Assembly: GCA_963729625.1 (NCBI GenBank)
Contig: CAVSOU010000008.1
Location: forward strand, 970,106 to 1,034,105
From: an uncultured bacterium
GTDB taxonomy: Bacteria > Chloroflexota > UBA5177 > JANWHV01
DNA: 64,000 bases
Direction of reading: 5' to 3'
A program made the translations under genes and the position numbers. Under the pieces are notes generated by a model. That model searched no databases. It was not told the DNA's origin and saw only the letters and a program-made list of their open reading frames with translations. This document shows, in pieces, positions 1 through 10,286 of the stretch. Numbering within the stretch: position 1 is the stretch's first letter; each line of letters starts with the position of its first letter.

Positions 1-1833
1 CGGCATAGGCTGCGCCAGCGGCTTGAGCGCCGCCAGCCACTGCGCGTAGATCGTCGGCGCCTTCACGGCCTTCGCGAACGCCGGCGTCGCCTTCTTGAGC
101 GCCGTCGCGTAGCGCGCCGAGGGTCCGGACTTCTCCGCGATCTGGGCGGCCCGCGGCGAGCCCAGCGCCGCCATCACGTCGAGTCCGCTCGGAAGACCAC
201 GCGGATTGGACTTGGTGCCCACGTTCGGCCAGGTGAGCGCCGCCGCCAGGCTGCCGTCCGGCGTCTTGCGGGCCGGGAACAGCGACAGGGCACGGACCCT
301 GCTGAAGCCGGCCGTGTTCAGGTACGCAGGCGAGGCAAGCATGTGCACACGGCGCTGGAAGGCGGAGAGCTTCGACGCACTCCCCAGCGCGGCCGCCGAG
401 GGCGCTTTGCCGTAGACCTGCTGCACGAGTCGAGCGAGATCGGGCATGGAGCTTCCCACCGGCTGGCCGATCAGCGTAGTGATCGGGTCGGCGAGCTGGT
501 GCCAGCGCTGCAGCAGCGTCTGGCCGCCGGATTTCTTGCCGAGGAGCGCCGCCAGCAGTACCGCACGCTGCGCACCGGCCCGCGCCTGGGCGGGGGTTGC
601 AACGTCTTTCTTCGCCTCCAGGGGCGCCTGCACCAGCGCCAGCCAGTTCATCGCTTCGAAGTAGGTCGAGAGATCCTGGGCGTAGGCGTAGTGGCCGCGC
701 GGGGTGAACAGTCGGTAGTCAAGCGGGGCGCCCATAAAGGGGGATTGTGCCCGCCCACCGTGCCGGCTCACGAGCGCCACTTCCCGGGCCACTGCGCCGG
801 TCTCTGCGCCCGGCACCGATCCCGAGGGAGGCGCAACGCCGAGGAGCTCGAGCGCCACGGCGAGGTAGGCAGCGTTCGACGCGTTGGCGGCAAGCGGGCC
901 GGTTCCGCGCAGAGCTGACCGCTGGGCCTTGTTGGCCAGCAGCAGATCGCTCAACAGATTGGCCAGGCGAGGTCGCAGGCTGGACGACTCCGCAGCCAGC
1001 AGCGTGCGGTCGAACAGCACGTGGAAGGTATGCAGGCCGGCATCGATGGTGACGAACGAGGGAACGCTCCCACCTATATTCGCCCCATTGTTGTAACTGC
1101 CACCGTCAAGGTAGAAATTGAGCGCACCGTAGCCCCGTGCATCGATGACGAAGCCGTTCCTGGCGAGGGCTTGCGGACGCGATCGCGTGGACGGCGGGTA
1201 AGAGCCAGTTACCTCTACGGTGCTCCGATCCACGGTGGAGGCGAGCGAGGCGGCGAACGGGCCGCCGATTCCCGCCTCCAGCGGTTGCGGTTTGGCGATC
1301 TCATCCGCGGAGGCCAGGTAAACGGGAACACGAGCATAGGGAGTGGCCGTATTGTCCAGCGTGTAGGTGCGCACGGTCGTGAAGCGGTTGGCGGCCGGCG
1401 CGGGTCCGCCCGAGCGCGGCGCGAAGGCAACACGGACGAATACCGTGGGCTGCAAGATAGCGCACGGGGCGCTCTCCTGACCGCTGGGAGGGAAGATCAC
1501 TTCACCCACCGTGGTGGAAATTTGCAGCACCGTGCCCGGATACTCGGCACGCTGCTGCGCGAGCCGCTGGGCGATGGCCGCCGCCTCCGCCGGCGTGGCA
1601 AGGACCGACAAGCACGCGGTCGACCCCGTGTCGAAGGTCTGCACCTCCGCCCGATCCAGCGAGGCGAAGAAGGCGCTGAGCGGGTCGAGAGTGGACGTTG
1701 CCGGGATCCGGCAACTGCTCGCCGCCCAGGCTGCCGGCAGCGCGTGACTGCCGTCGAACGGGACCAGGCTCGTAAGTATGAGACTCGCACAGACTGCCGA
1801 CTTCACAAGTCGCCGCATATCAGGCATTGCCAT
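1..1833 (-). CDS. DUF3160-like secreted protein, partial (runs off the window start)
   Basis: Absent from the ORF track because there is no stop in the window. ATG at 1833 with GAGGA upstream; the segments I translated by hand (1-30, 1021-1080, 1141-1440) share one open frame. Signal-peptide-like N-terminus; motifs LARNGFV, PSFVTIDAGLHTFH, RGLPSGLDVMAALGS, IYAQWLAALKPL. Confidence 0.75.
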   Translation of the reverse strand, partial: MAMPDMRRLVKSAVCASLILTSLVPFDGSHALPAAWAASSCRIPATSTLDPLSAFFASLDRAEVQTFDTGSTACLSVLATPAEAAAIAQRLAQQRAEYPGTVLQISTTVGEVIFPPSGQESAPCAILQPTVFVRVAFAPRSGGPAPAANRFTTVRTYTLDNTATPYARVPVYLASADEIAKPQPLEAGIGGPFAASLASTVDRSTVEVTGSYPPSTRSRPQALARNGFVIDARGYGALNFYLDGGSYNNGANIGGSVPSFVTIDAGLHTFHVLFDRTLLAAESSSLRPRLANLLSDLLLANKAQRSALRGTGPLAANASNAAYLAVALELLGVAPPSGSVPGAETGAVAREVALVSRHGGRAQSPFMGAPLDYRLFTPRGHYAYAQDLSTYFEAMNWLALVQAPLEAKKDVATPAQARAGAQRAVLLAALLGKKSGGQTLLQRWHQLADPITTLIGQPVGSSMPDLARLVQQVYGKAPSAAALGSASKLSAFQRRVHMLASPAYLNTAGFSRVRALSLFPARKTPDGSLAAALTWPNVGTKSNPRGLPSGLDVMAALGSPRAAQIAEKSGPSARYATALKKATPAFAKAVKAPTIYAQWLAALKPLAQPMP

Positions 1834-1846
1834 TCCTCGCTTTCAA

Positions 1847-3295
1847 TTACCGCGCGCCGGCGGGCTGGACGGCGGCTGCCGCGACGCCCCTGGCGAGCGG
1901 CGTCAGCGTGTGCCCTGCCAGCGAGTAGCGGTACACGTCGGCGGTGTCACTGCCCCTGGGCTTGGGCGCCACGATCAGGTAGCGATTGTCCGCCGTGAAC
2001 TGCAGCGACATCATGGGCCAGCCGCTCAGGCTCACCGCCCTTAGCCGCCCTGCTCCCCTCGATCCTATGCTGCCGATTTGCACCGTCGTCGTGGCCGGAA
2101 ACGGCGACGCAAAGGCGAAGGTGGCACCGCTCGCACTCCAGGCTGTGATGTAGCGCCCCACATACACGCCCATGTACTCCGCGTGTATCTGTTCGGTCTC
2201 GAGCACGGTCCGCTTGCCACTCGCCGACTCCAGCGCGATTCGCGCGGGCGAGGTGTCTTTCGTTCCCATGGCTGCCTCTCCCGGTGTCTCGCTCTGCACG
2301 AGCGCATATCTGCCGGTCGGCGCGACGGAGAGAAGCGGCAGCGCGCCGGATTTGGCCGCGCCTTCGCCGATCGCGTGCGTTACCTTGCCTTGCGCGTTCA
2401 GCAGCCAGCGGTCGTACAGGTAGCCGCTGCCGGCCGGGTTCTTCGCCCACGTGCTATTGTCATAGGTATCCTCGTAGTCACCCAGAGGGGTCACGGCGCG
2501 CGTCCGCATCGAGTACAAAGCGGCCTGCCCGAAGCAGCCCTGGTCGTGGAGGCAGTTCCCGTAGCGATGCAGGGCAATGTAGCGGTCGTCGGGAGACCAG
2601 CTATCGGGAGGGCCGTAGTAGGACACTGCAACGGTCCGGCCCGTGGCAATATCGAAGACGGCGGTGGATGAGTTGACCGGAGGCGTATCCCGGCTACTGT
2701 AGTTGGAGGCGCCGGCGGCGATCGCCAGGCGGTTGCTGTCGTGTGCCCACACCGCGACAGCATCCCCCATGGAGAGATCGTTCGCGAGTAACCGGATGTG
2801 CCCGGACTGCTGGTCCCATAGCCAGAGGCTTGTGGTGGGCACCTTGGTGAATATCTCACCCCGGCTATAGGCGAGATAGCGCCCGTTCGGCGACCACTCG
2901 AGCGGCCATAGGCACGGCCCGGTCCCATCCGGACACGAATCCGAGAACAGAGAGTGAAGCCTGCCTGTCGCGACGTCAAGCACGGCGAGCCGGTACGTCT
3001 GCCCCAAGATCGTGTCACTCTCAGCGCTGATCGCCAGGTCACGGCCGTCCGGCGACCACGCGATCGACGTCACAGGCCAGGGCGTCGCGAACACTCGCGC
3101 CTTGCCGCCGGCGATCGGCTGCAGGTAAAGCCCCCGGCCCTTAGCATAGGCCAGCACCTGGCTCTTCGTGTCACCTCGCACCGGTCCGGCACTCGCCGCC
3201 AGGCCTTCGGCATGCACGTGCCATTGCGGCGCGGCAATGGTCGCGAGGATCCAGAGCAGAGTCGTCCGCCACCGCCATCGTCTTCCCATCTTCAT
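1847..3295 (-). CDS. Secreted TolB/PD40-like beta-propeller protein
   Basis: Signal peptide; repeated WSPDGR/WSPNGR/WSPDDR motifs. Confidence 0.8.
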   Translation of the reverse strand: MKMGRRWRWRTTLLWILATIAAPQWHVHAEGLAASAGPVRGDTKSQVLAYAKGRGLYLQPIAGGKARVFATPWPVTSIAWSPDGRDLAISAESDTILGQTYRLAVLDVATGRLHSLFSDSCPDGTGPCLWPLEWSPNGRYLAYSRGEIFTKVPTTSLWLWDQQSGHIRLLANDLSMGDAVAVWAHDSNRLAIAAGASNYSSRDTPPVNSSTAVFDIATGRTVAVSYYGPPDSWSPDDRYIALHRYGNCLHDQGCFGQAALYSMRTRAVTPLGDYEDTYDNSTWAKNPAGSGYLYDRWLLNAQGKVTHAIGEGAAKSGALPLLSVAPTGRYALVQSETPGEAAMGTKDTSPARIALESASGKRTVLETEQIHAEYMGVYVGRYITAWSASGATFAFASPFPATTTVQIGSIGSRGAGRLRAVSLSGWPMMSLQFTADNRYLIVAPKPRGSDTADVYRYSLAGHTLTPLARGVAAAAVQPAGAR

Positions 3296-3378
3296 CTCCA
3301 GTTGTCACTTTGCTTAGCCGAAGTAGCTGTATCGGTGATTGCTGCACCGTGAACGCGTCCTGCGCTCCAATCGGGCAC

Positions 3379-3411
3379 AGCATAGCAGCCTAGCATTAGG
3401 CGAGCGTTAGG
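3379..3411 (-). promoter_or_regulatory. CCTAAYG direct-repeat operator + extended -10, copy 1
   Basis: Minus strand: cctaacg ctcg cctaatg ctaggc tgc tatgct; about 84 nt upstream of the 3295 start. Confidence 0.85.
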
Positions 3412-3753
3412 CGGCTTCGATAATCGAACGTCTCCAAGCAGGGCACGACTGGGCAAGTGCCGCCCGCGACGATTACTCTGGCGTGCACAGCCCGTTGACA
3501 GGTGATGGCCGGGCACTCGCACGGTATCTGTTACCCGCGTCGGCGCCGCGATCTGCGGCTCACGCGCAGCCTGGCTTGTCGCTCGCCATGACGGGCTCCG
3601 GATCTTGCCAACCCTTGGCGGAGCTGTGCGCGACCCGCGCTACCGCAGGCACATGCTGATAGCCGAGCGCTACACCGGCACAAACTGCCAGATCTGCCCG
3701 CTCGCTCAACGCGTGTACGCGGCTCCGTCGATTGGGCCAAGGCCAGCGCCGCG

Positions 3754-3786
3754 CCTAACGGCTGCCTAATGCCTCCGCGCTATAGT
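3754..3786 (+). promoter_or_regulatory. CCTAAYG direct-repeat operator + -10, copy 2
   Basis: cctaacg gctg cctaatg cctccg cgc tatagt; upstream of the 3848 start. Confidence 0.85.
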
Positions 3787-3847
3787 AGTCTTCAGCTTGG
3801 TCGTACGGACCAAGGTTGGGCTGTAGTGTCGAGCAAGGAAACTGAGC

Positions 3848-5708
3848 ATGATCAATTCGCTGAGCACGAGATCACTGTGCCGCGCCGCCTCGCTATTGCT
3901 TCAACGTGTCCACTCCGCAGCGTTGCATCCGGATGTGCGCACACCTGCTGCGTGGCAACGCGAGCACCCGTGTTACGCGGCAACAAGACGAGGCTTGGCC
4001 GTCGCGGCAGTAGTCAGTGTAGTATCGATTGCGTCTGCTTCAGCACCTACCGGCGCAGCATTCTCCAGCACCGCCGATGCCAGCGCGGGCCAGGCACGGA
4101 GTAAAGCGCCCTCGGTCACTGTCATTTCAATCAGCACGAGAACCAAGAGCTTCGATTTGCTGGGCAGCACGCAACTGCCACCGAATTGGACGTTACCCGC
4201 CTACAACGACGCCGCGTGGGATGGGATGACGCCGGTGTCCGCAGATGTCCGCACATGCGTGAGCCAGAACATCGGCGCCTGGCACAACCTTCCCACATAT
4301 TGGGGCGCGTCACCGACTGAAACGTATCTGCTGCGGCAGAGCTTCATCCTCCCGGCGGCCAAGAGCTACTCGGGCAGCCGGATTACGGTAGGGATTGACA
4401 CCTACGTTTTCAGCGGGTCGACCGACACGATTTACGTCAACGGCACGCAAGTGGATCAGCCGAGTCACGAGTTCCTGCAGTCGTACGACATCGGCCAGCT
4501 GCTAGTGGCCGGCAGGAACGTGCTCGCCATCTACGCCAACCCCGCGAGGGACAGCCACACGCGTTTCAACGCACCCTGCAGTGCGGCTACCTTCCGCATC
4601 AATGTCGTTACTGGCAGCGCACGCGGGCACGTGATCGTTCCAAGTACCGCTGGCAAGGTACTCCGCTTCAGCATCAACTCCTCGACCAGAAGCTTCGATC
4701 TCTTGGCAGGAAGTCAACCCCCCCCAAACTGGACTAGCCCGATCTACAATGACGCCGCTTGGCAGAGCATGAGGCCGGTAACCGCAGACGTGCAAGCGTG
4801 CGTGAATCAGAACGTGGGTGCTTGGAACACTTACCCGAGTTACTGGGGCCAGATGCCCACAGAACCCTACCTACTCCGCCATACGTTCTATTTGCCAAGA
4901 GCCAAAGGCTACGGCGGCAGCTTCATCGTCGTAGGTGTGGACACCTACAACTTCAACGGCGCAGCCAATACCATATTCGTCAACGGCACGCAGGTTGACC
5001 AGCCGGGTCACGAGTTCCTGCGAGCTTACGATATCGGCCAACTGCTTTTGCCGGGCAAGAATGTGCTGGCCGTCTATGCAAGCCCATCCGCCGACAGTCA
5101 CTCACGGTTCGGCGTGCCTTGCAGTGCTGCCACGTTCCGGATCAATGCCGTGGCTGTCCAGCCTGGACCAGCGCCAACCGTGCCAACGTCGACGAGCCGC
5201 GTGGTTCGCATCGCAATCGGCCCCAGAACAAAGAGCCTTGACCTTGCGCCGGGCACGCAGCTACCAACCAACTGGATGGAAGTGCGCTACGACGACTCCG
5301 CCTGGACGGGACTGCAGCACGTCACGGCGGACGTCCAGTCCTGTGTTCCAGCAGAACATCGGTGCATGGCAGCCGCTGCCGGGATACTGGGGCTCGGCTC
5401 CAACTGACGCATATTTGCTGCGCCAGTCGTTCAACTTGCCGGCTGCGAAGAGCTACGGAGGGAGCTTCCTCGTGGTCGGCATCGACACCTATAACTTCAA
5501 TGGCGCGGCAGACCCCATCTTCGTCAACGGTGCACCGGTGGACCAGCCGGGCCACGAGTTTCTACGGGCCTACGACATCGCCCAGCTTCTTGCACCTGGC
5601 AAGAACGTTGTGGCTATCGACGCCAATCCAGCTTCCGACAGTCATTCGCGCTTCAACGTGCCGTGCAGTGCGGCCACGTTCATGCTGGATGCGGTCGTGA
5701 CGCACTAG
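3848..5708 (+). pseudogene. Secreted protein with three galactose-binding-like jelly-roll repeats, frameshifted near 5348
   Basis: Three repeats of PPNW..P.YNDAAW...YLLR..F.LP.AK.Y.GS...VGxDTY...IxVNG..VDQP.HEFL..YDI.QLL..GxNV. The third repeat switches from ORF 3848..5407 to ORF 4935..5708 at tgtgttccagcag (one extra base). Confidence 0.8.
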
Positions 5709-5908
5709 GAGCGGGGCACGGCTGTGCAGGCTGCGCCGTTTAGCGACAGCGAACATAGCGTCGCCTTGGGCCGTTGCGCGACTCCGCGTTGACGGGCTCT
5801 CGATACATCGCCCTACAAGAGCCTTGACATAGAGAGAGTCGGATCAGGTCCAGACGCGCCGGCGTGGAAGTAGCTGGACCAGCTACAAGCAGGCAACGAG
5901 GTGGACGG

Positions 5909-7420
5909 CTATGCGAGCGATGTGCGAGCCGTACTTCCTCGCCCCGGCATCGACGCCAGCGCCGCGATGCAAGGCGGGCTCACCGCCGGCCAGCGATTCA
6001 GCATGCTCATATGGTTCACCGACTGGCATCTCTCGGGGGAGCCGTCCACCACGTTCAGGGTCTGAGAACGGCAAGCCGACCCCAGGGATACTCGACGGCC
6101 CGCGATGCAATCGCCATCTCCCACGGCCAGGCAGCGGTCGGCGCTGAGGCAGGCGATGCCACGCAGAGCGTTGCCGGTGCCGGAAGACTGGGTGCTCCAG
6201 GACCTGCCGCCGTCGCTGCTCGCCAGGATGCTGCCATTTCTTTCCACAACCAGGCAGCGGTCGGCGCTGGGGCAGGCAATGCCAGACAGATCATTCGCGG
6301 CGAGGTAAGGCTGGCTGCTCCAGGACCTGCCGCCGTCGCTGCTCGCCAGGATGCTGCCATTTCTTTCCACAACCAGGCAGCGGTCGGCGCTGGGGCAGGC
6401 AATGCCAGACAGATCATTCGCGGCGAGGTAAGGCTGGCTGCTCCAGGACCTGCCGCCGTCGCTGCTGGCCAGGATGGTGCCGCGATCTCCCACAACCAGG
6501 CAGCGGTCGGCGCTGGGGCAGGCAATGCCACGCAGACTGTTTCCTTGAGGTAGGGGGTTGCGCCATGCCCACAAGGCGCTTGTCCACACAATCGCCACCC
6601 GTGCGGAGCTCGCGGCAAGCGCGCCGCCGTCACGCACCTGCGCTGCGAGACTGGCCTGCTTGTCGGTTTTCAGGGACAGGTGAGCACTGCAGGACGCTGT
6701 GTGCCCGCAATCCTTGATCGCTTGGCCGGAGGCCGTGTCCACGATCGCAAGCGTGTAGCGAGAGAAGTCGATGGCCTCATTGGCGCGCGCGACGAGTGTG
6801 ACCGTGCCCCCCGGGCGGACCTGAGTCCTGTCGGTTGTAAGCTGCAAGTTCCAGTCCCGCCATGCCACGGGAACCGTGTCCGAGCGCGCCTGGTCGCCGA
6901 TGGTCACGACGAAGCTCTCACTGGTCGGCTTGACGCGCATCGCGGTAGCGATGCATGTGCTGCCTTGCTGGCATACGGCCACCTGGGCGCCGGTATCGAG
7001 GTCCTTGATCGTCATGAAGTGGGCGGAGCCGTCCACGCGCTTGTTCGCCTGAGCCGTCAGGCGCACTGCCGATCCGGTGCCGACGGACGACCAGTCTGCC
7101 TTCAGCGAGATCTGCCAGCCGGCATTCCGGTTTTGCACGACGAAGTACGCTCCCACGGCTAACAACGTAACGACTACCAGGGCAATCATCAGTGTGCGAG
7201 AACCGAGCTTTGGTGGGGTCGCGACAGGGCCTGCGGCGATACCGGGCTCGGCCGGCGCGCCTTCACTAGTTGCGGCGCCGGCAGCCTGGAGCCCCGTGCT
7301 CGCCGCGCCCTGCTGCTGCACCGCTGGTCTTTCTGGCCCGGCGTTCGCCACTTGCCGGCCACACGACCCACAGAAGAGGGCGGCTTCAGGCAGCCGTGCT
7401 CCACAGTTGCTGCAAATCAT
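5909..7420 (-). CDS. Zinc-ribbon + TM + two Ig-like modules + BNR/Ycf48-like repeats; probably truncated at the C-terminus near 6110
   Basis: CSNC...CGSC N-terminus, TM helix, SSDGGRSW repeats. The repeat pattern breaks mid-blade into unrelated sequence after LAVGDG. Confidence 0.75.
   Translation of the reverse strand: MICSNCGARLPEAALFCGSCGRQVANAGPERPAVQQQGAASTGLQAAGAATSEGAPAEPGIAAGPVATPPKLGSRTLMIALVVVTLLAVGAYFVVQNRNAGWQISLKADWSSVGTGSAVRLTAQANKRVDGSAHFMTIKDLDTGAQVAVCQQGSTCIATAMRVKPTSESFVVTIGDQARSDTVPVAWRDWNLQLTTDRTQVRPGGTVTLVARANEAIDFSRYTLAIVDTASGQAIKDCGHTASCSAHLSLKTDKQASLAAQVRDGGALAASSARVAIVWTSALWAWRNPLPQGNSLRGIACPSADRCLVVGDRGTILASSDGGRSWSSQPYLAANDLSGIACPSADRCLVVERNGSILASSDGGRSWSSQPYLAANDLSGIACPSADRCLVVERNGSILASSDGGRSWSTQSSGTGNALRGIACLSADRCLAVGDGDCIAGRRVSLGSACRSQTLNVVDGSPERCQSVNHMSMLNRWPAVSPPCIAALASMPGRGSTARTSLA
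5988..6081. repeat. About 94-bp dispersed repeat, copy A (partner 7949..8042)
   Basis: Hand alignment gives 21 mismatches in 94 nt, with the core caccgactggcatctctcggg identical. Confidence 0.7.
6193..6530. repeat. 123-bp intragenic tandem repeat (two identical units plus a diverged third)
   Basis: ccaggacctgccgccgtc recurs at 6197, 6320 and 6443; encodes 41-aa BNR blades. Confidence 0.9.
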
Positions 7421-7948
7421 GTCTGGTCCCTTGCCCGGTTACGGCTCGGCGCGGTGACCTCACCGGACCTGGCGTGCGCCCGACTCGATTGCCCAAGTGA
7501 CGCCGACCGCATCGCCGAGACGGTGATGCCTCGGTCCGCTGCCCGCGCGATGTGCCCAACGTGACATCGCTGGGCCGCCCCCCAGCCGCAGCACGAACTG
7601 GCCGCGAGAGCGTCCTCCAGCCCGCATTGTGCACTTCGAGCGGTCGGCGTTGCTGAGATTTGCGGCCCCCCGGGCCAGGCCATGCGCATGCAGCTACGTG
7701 CCGGTACGAAGCCAAGCAGCACGCGCAGCCGGCCGAAAGAGGCATTGGTCACATGTGTCGGGAGCAACGGACTCGAATGTTTGCCCGCGCATCATTCTCA
7801 ACTCCGAATCTCTATCGAGGCTGAAGCTATGCAGAATCTTCCCGAGCGCGGCCGGTCGCTTCCTGCCCGCGTGGTCGTCGCCCCCGCCCGCGGCCCGGTT
7901 CAGCTCGAGCGCTCCGGCAACGATCCGGCCCAGCGACTCGTCCGCTCC

Positions 7949-8042
7949 GGCCAGCGCTTCAACGTGCACGTCTGATCCACCGACTGGCATCTCTCGGGCG
8001 TCTTGTCCACCACGTACGGTGTCCGAAAACGGCAGGCCAGCC
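7949..8042. repeat. About 94-bp dispersed repeat, copy B
   Basis: Aligns without gaps to 5988..6081. Confidence 0.7.
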
Positions 8043-8266
8043 TGCAGGGGCGAACGGCGGCCCGCAACGAAGTCGCGCATGCCTTACTCGGACAGGCAAT
8101 CGGTGGTGGGCTGGCCCGCGTGGCACCCGGAGCATGCCGCTGGGCGTCGTCTCGAGCTTGACGCAGTTCCCCGCGCGGCCGCATCCTCGAGTCTGACGCG
8201 ACCAATGCGCAATGAAGCCGATGCCGCGCTCCGGCGATCGACGTCACCCACGACTTCGGGACGTCG

Positions 8267-8638
8267 GTGCGGCGGGTGACCGGAGCGCAGATGACTTCCA
8301 CCCAGGATCCCATCGCCGCCGGAAGGCCATTGCTGCACGACGGCAACCTGATCGCCCGCGCGGGCGCGGATCTCGCTGCCCGCTTCCAGCTCGCAGACCG
8401 GCTGATCGTCGTGTCCGGCAGTGGCGACATCCTGCACCTGCCTCGGGCGGTCTGCGATCTCGCCGGGCAGGCCGTAGACAGGGCATGCGAAGCATTCCAG
8501 CGCATGAGCCTGGTGAGCAACGAGCAGATCACGCGCTACTACGAGTGCTTCGCCGCGCACCTCGCACCGGACGACATCTGGACGGCGATCGCCGCGCTAT
8601 GTCGTTGTCGCTTCGGGGATGAATCGGCGGCTACCTAG
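8267..8638 (+). CDS. Hypothetical protein or gene remnant
   Basis: Protein-like composition (RLIVVSGSGDILHLP...YYECFAAHL); no family recognised. Confidence 0.3.
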   Translation: MRRVTGAQMTSTQDPIAAGRPLLHDGNLIARAGADLAARFQLADRLIVVSGSGDILHLPRAVCDLAGQAVDRACEAFQRMSLVSNEQITRYYECFAAHLAPDDIWTAIAALCRCRFGDESAAT

Positions 8639-8705
8639 CTACGCCGCTCAGCCATTGCTGCCTGACGCGTACTGTCACAACCACGCCACGTGGAGTCCTG
8701 CTGCT

Positions 8706-10202
8706 TCAACTGGTCGTCGTGTCCTGGCAGCTCCAGCTATAGGGATCGTTGATGTCGCCCACCACGGCCGTCGCGTTCATGTCCGCGAACTGCCACTGGC
8801 AGGCCTCGTTCACATCGATATCCTCCCGATCGCCGTTGCTGTCGATGCAATGCCAGTCGTAGGCCGTCGAGCCGTCGAGACTGGCGCCCTGTCCGCCCAG
8901 ATACTGGCAGTAGCCGTTGAGGTCCAGCGTTCCCAGGTTCGTGCCGGACGTCCCGCTGGATTGGCCCGAGGATGAACCGTCCTCCCATGTCACCTGCACC
9001 GGGTCCGACTGGGCGACCACGTTGCCGTCCACATCCGCGATCTGCGCCACGAAGCTGTCCGTGCCGGCGGCGTCGGCCTCCGCCGGGCCGGAACAGCTTT
9101 CGCCGCTACCGCACCCCGCGATCTGCATGCCGGTGCCCTGGTCGAGGATGACGATGTAGTACGGTGTCGGCCAGACGTCCTGGCTCGCCTGCGCCGTGAA
9201 ATTGACGGTGTCACCGGCCTGCACGTCCGTCTGGTCCGCGCTCAGCGTCACGGTCCAGTCCCCGCCATCGTTGCCCTCGTCCGAGCTGCCTACCCAGGTG
9301 ATCTGTTGCGGCGAGGACTGGGCCACGACGTTCCCCGACAAATCGGAGACCTCGGCCACATACGATGCGGAGTCCGTGCCGTCGAACGGAATCTCGGCGG
9401 TGCACGCGCTGCCATCCCCGCAGGTCTCCACGGCTTCGCCGCTCGACTGGTCGGTAATCACGATATAGAACGGGGTGAATGCCACATCCAGGCTCGCATC
9501 GGCTGTGAGGTTCACGGTTGTCCCCGCCGGCACGTTGGATGGATCGGAGGCATCCGTGGTGAGGCTGACGGACCAGAGATACGCCGTGTCGTCGAAGCCA
9601 GGTAAGTGGTTGTCAAAGTAGTCGTTAGGACGGCCAAGCGACAGGCTGGCCACCGGATCGTCCGGCAGAACGGCGCCGTAGGTTTGCAAGATCTTAACTG
9701 CTTTCGTCAAGCAGTCGTTCGCGGCCACAGTCGGATGGTGGAGCAGGTCCAGTATCCAGAACCCGCTCGTAGCTTGCTTGCCGACCTCCGTCTCCGCGTC
9801 AGTTACGTCCGCCTTCGGCGGTTTACCGCAGCGGTACTGAAGGTACGCGATACTGGCCGGCCTGCCGTAGGGACTTCCATTCGCGAACGTCTGCAAAAGG
9901 TCATTCCACGAGCCGTGCCTCTCCCAACTGTGTGTCCAGTCCCAACTTGGGTTCGGCTCATACTGCTTAGGATTGTTGTTGTTGGCCTCGGTGCTGCCGA
10001 AAGCCCAATCATTCTCGCCGTCAGCAAAGGCCCAGCCGACGTGCCCAAGGTCGTACACGTCATTCGGCGCATCGATCATGCAGACTCTGGCCCATGAAGG
10101 GGCGGAACTCGCTGCTCGCGCACGATGGCTGGAAGGGGTTGTGAGCCCGACCAGCCCGGCAAGCACGAGCGCCCACCGGATGCACGCCAATATCCTTGCC
10201 AT
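8706..10202 (-). CDS. Secreted acidic protein: permuted papain-like domain + two Ig-like modules + Cys-rich C-terminal domain
   Basis: Start moved to ATG 10202 (GGAGGG RBS, signal peptide MARILACIRWALV). GHVGWAF...NDCL; two WxVxLxxD...TVNxTAxASxDVxxTPxYIVI repeats. Confidence 0.8.
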   Translation of the reverse strand: MARILACIRWALVLAGLVGLTTPSSHRARAASSAPSWARVCMIDAPNDVYDLGHVGWAFADGENDWAFGSTEANNNNPKQYEPNPSWDWTHSWERHGSWNDLLQTFANGSPYGRPASIAYLQYRCGKPPKADVTDAETEVGKQATSGFWILDLLHHPTVAANDCLTKAVKILQTYGAVLPDDPVASLSLGRPNDYFDNHLPGFDDTAYLWSVSLTTDASDPSNVPAGTTVNLTADASLDVAFTPFYIVITDQSSGEAVETCGDGSACTAEIPFDGTDSASYVAEVSDLSGNVVAQSSPQQITWVGSSDEGNDGGDWTVTLSADQTDVQAGDTVNFTAQASQDVWPTPYYIVILDQGTGMQIAGCGSGESCSGPAEADAAGTDSFVAQIADVDGNVVAQSDPVQVTWEDGSSSGQSSGTSGTNLGTLDLNGYCQYLGGQGASLDGSTAYDWHCIDSNGDREDIDVNEACQWQFADMNATAVVGDINDPYSWSCQDTTTS

Positions 10203-10286
10203 GCGTTTGCTCCCTCCCAGCCTGACGAGTGATGTTGCTGCCACGTTTTTCTTCGTCTGGACCCCTTCTGGCACGGCAGTGGGCAA

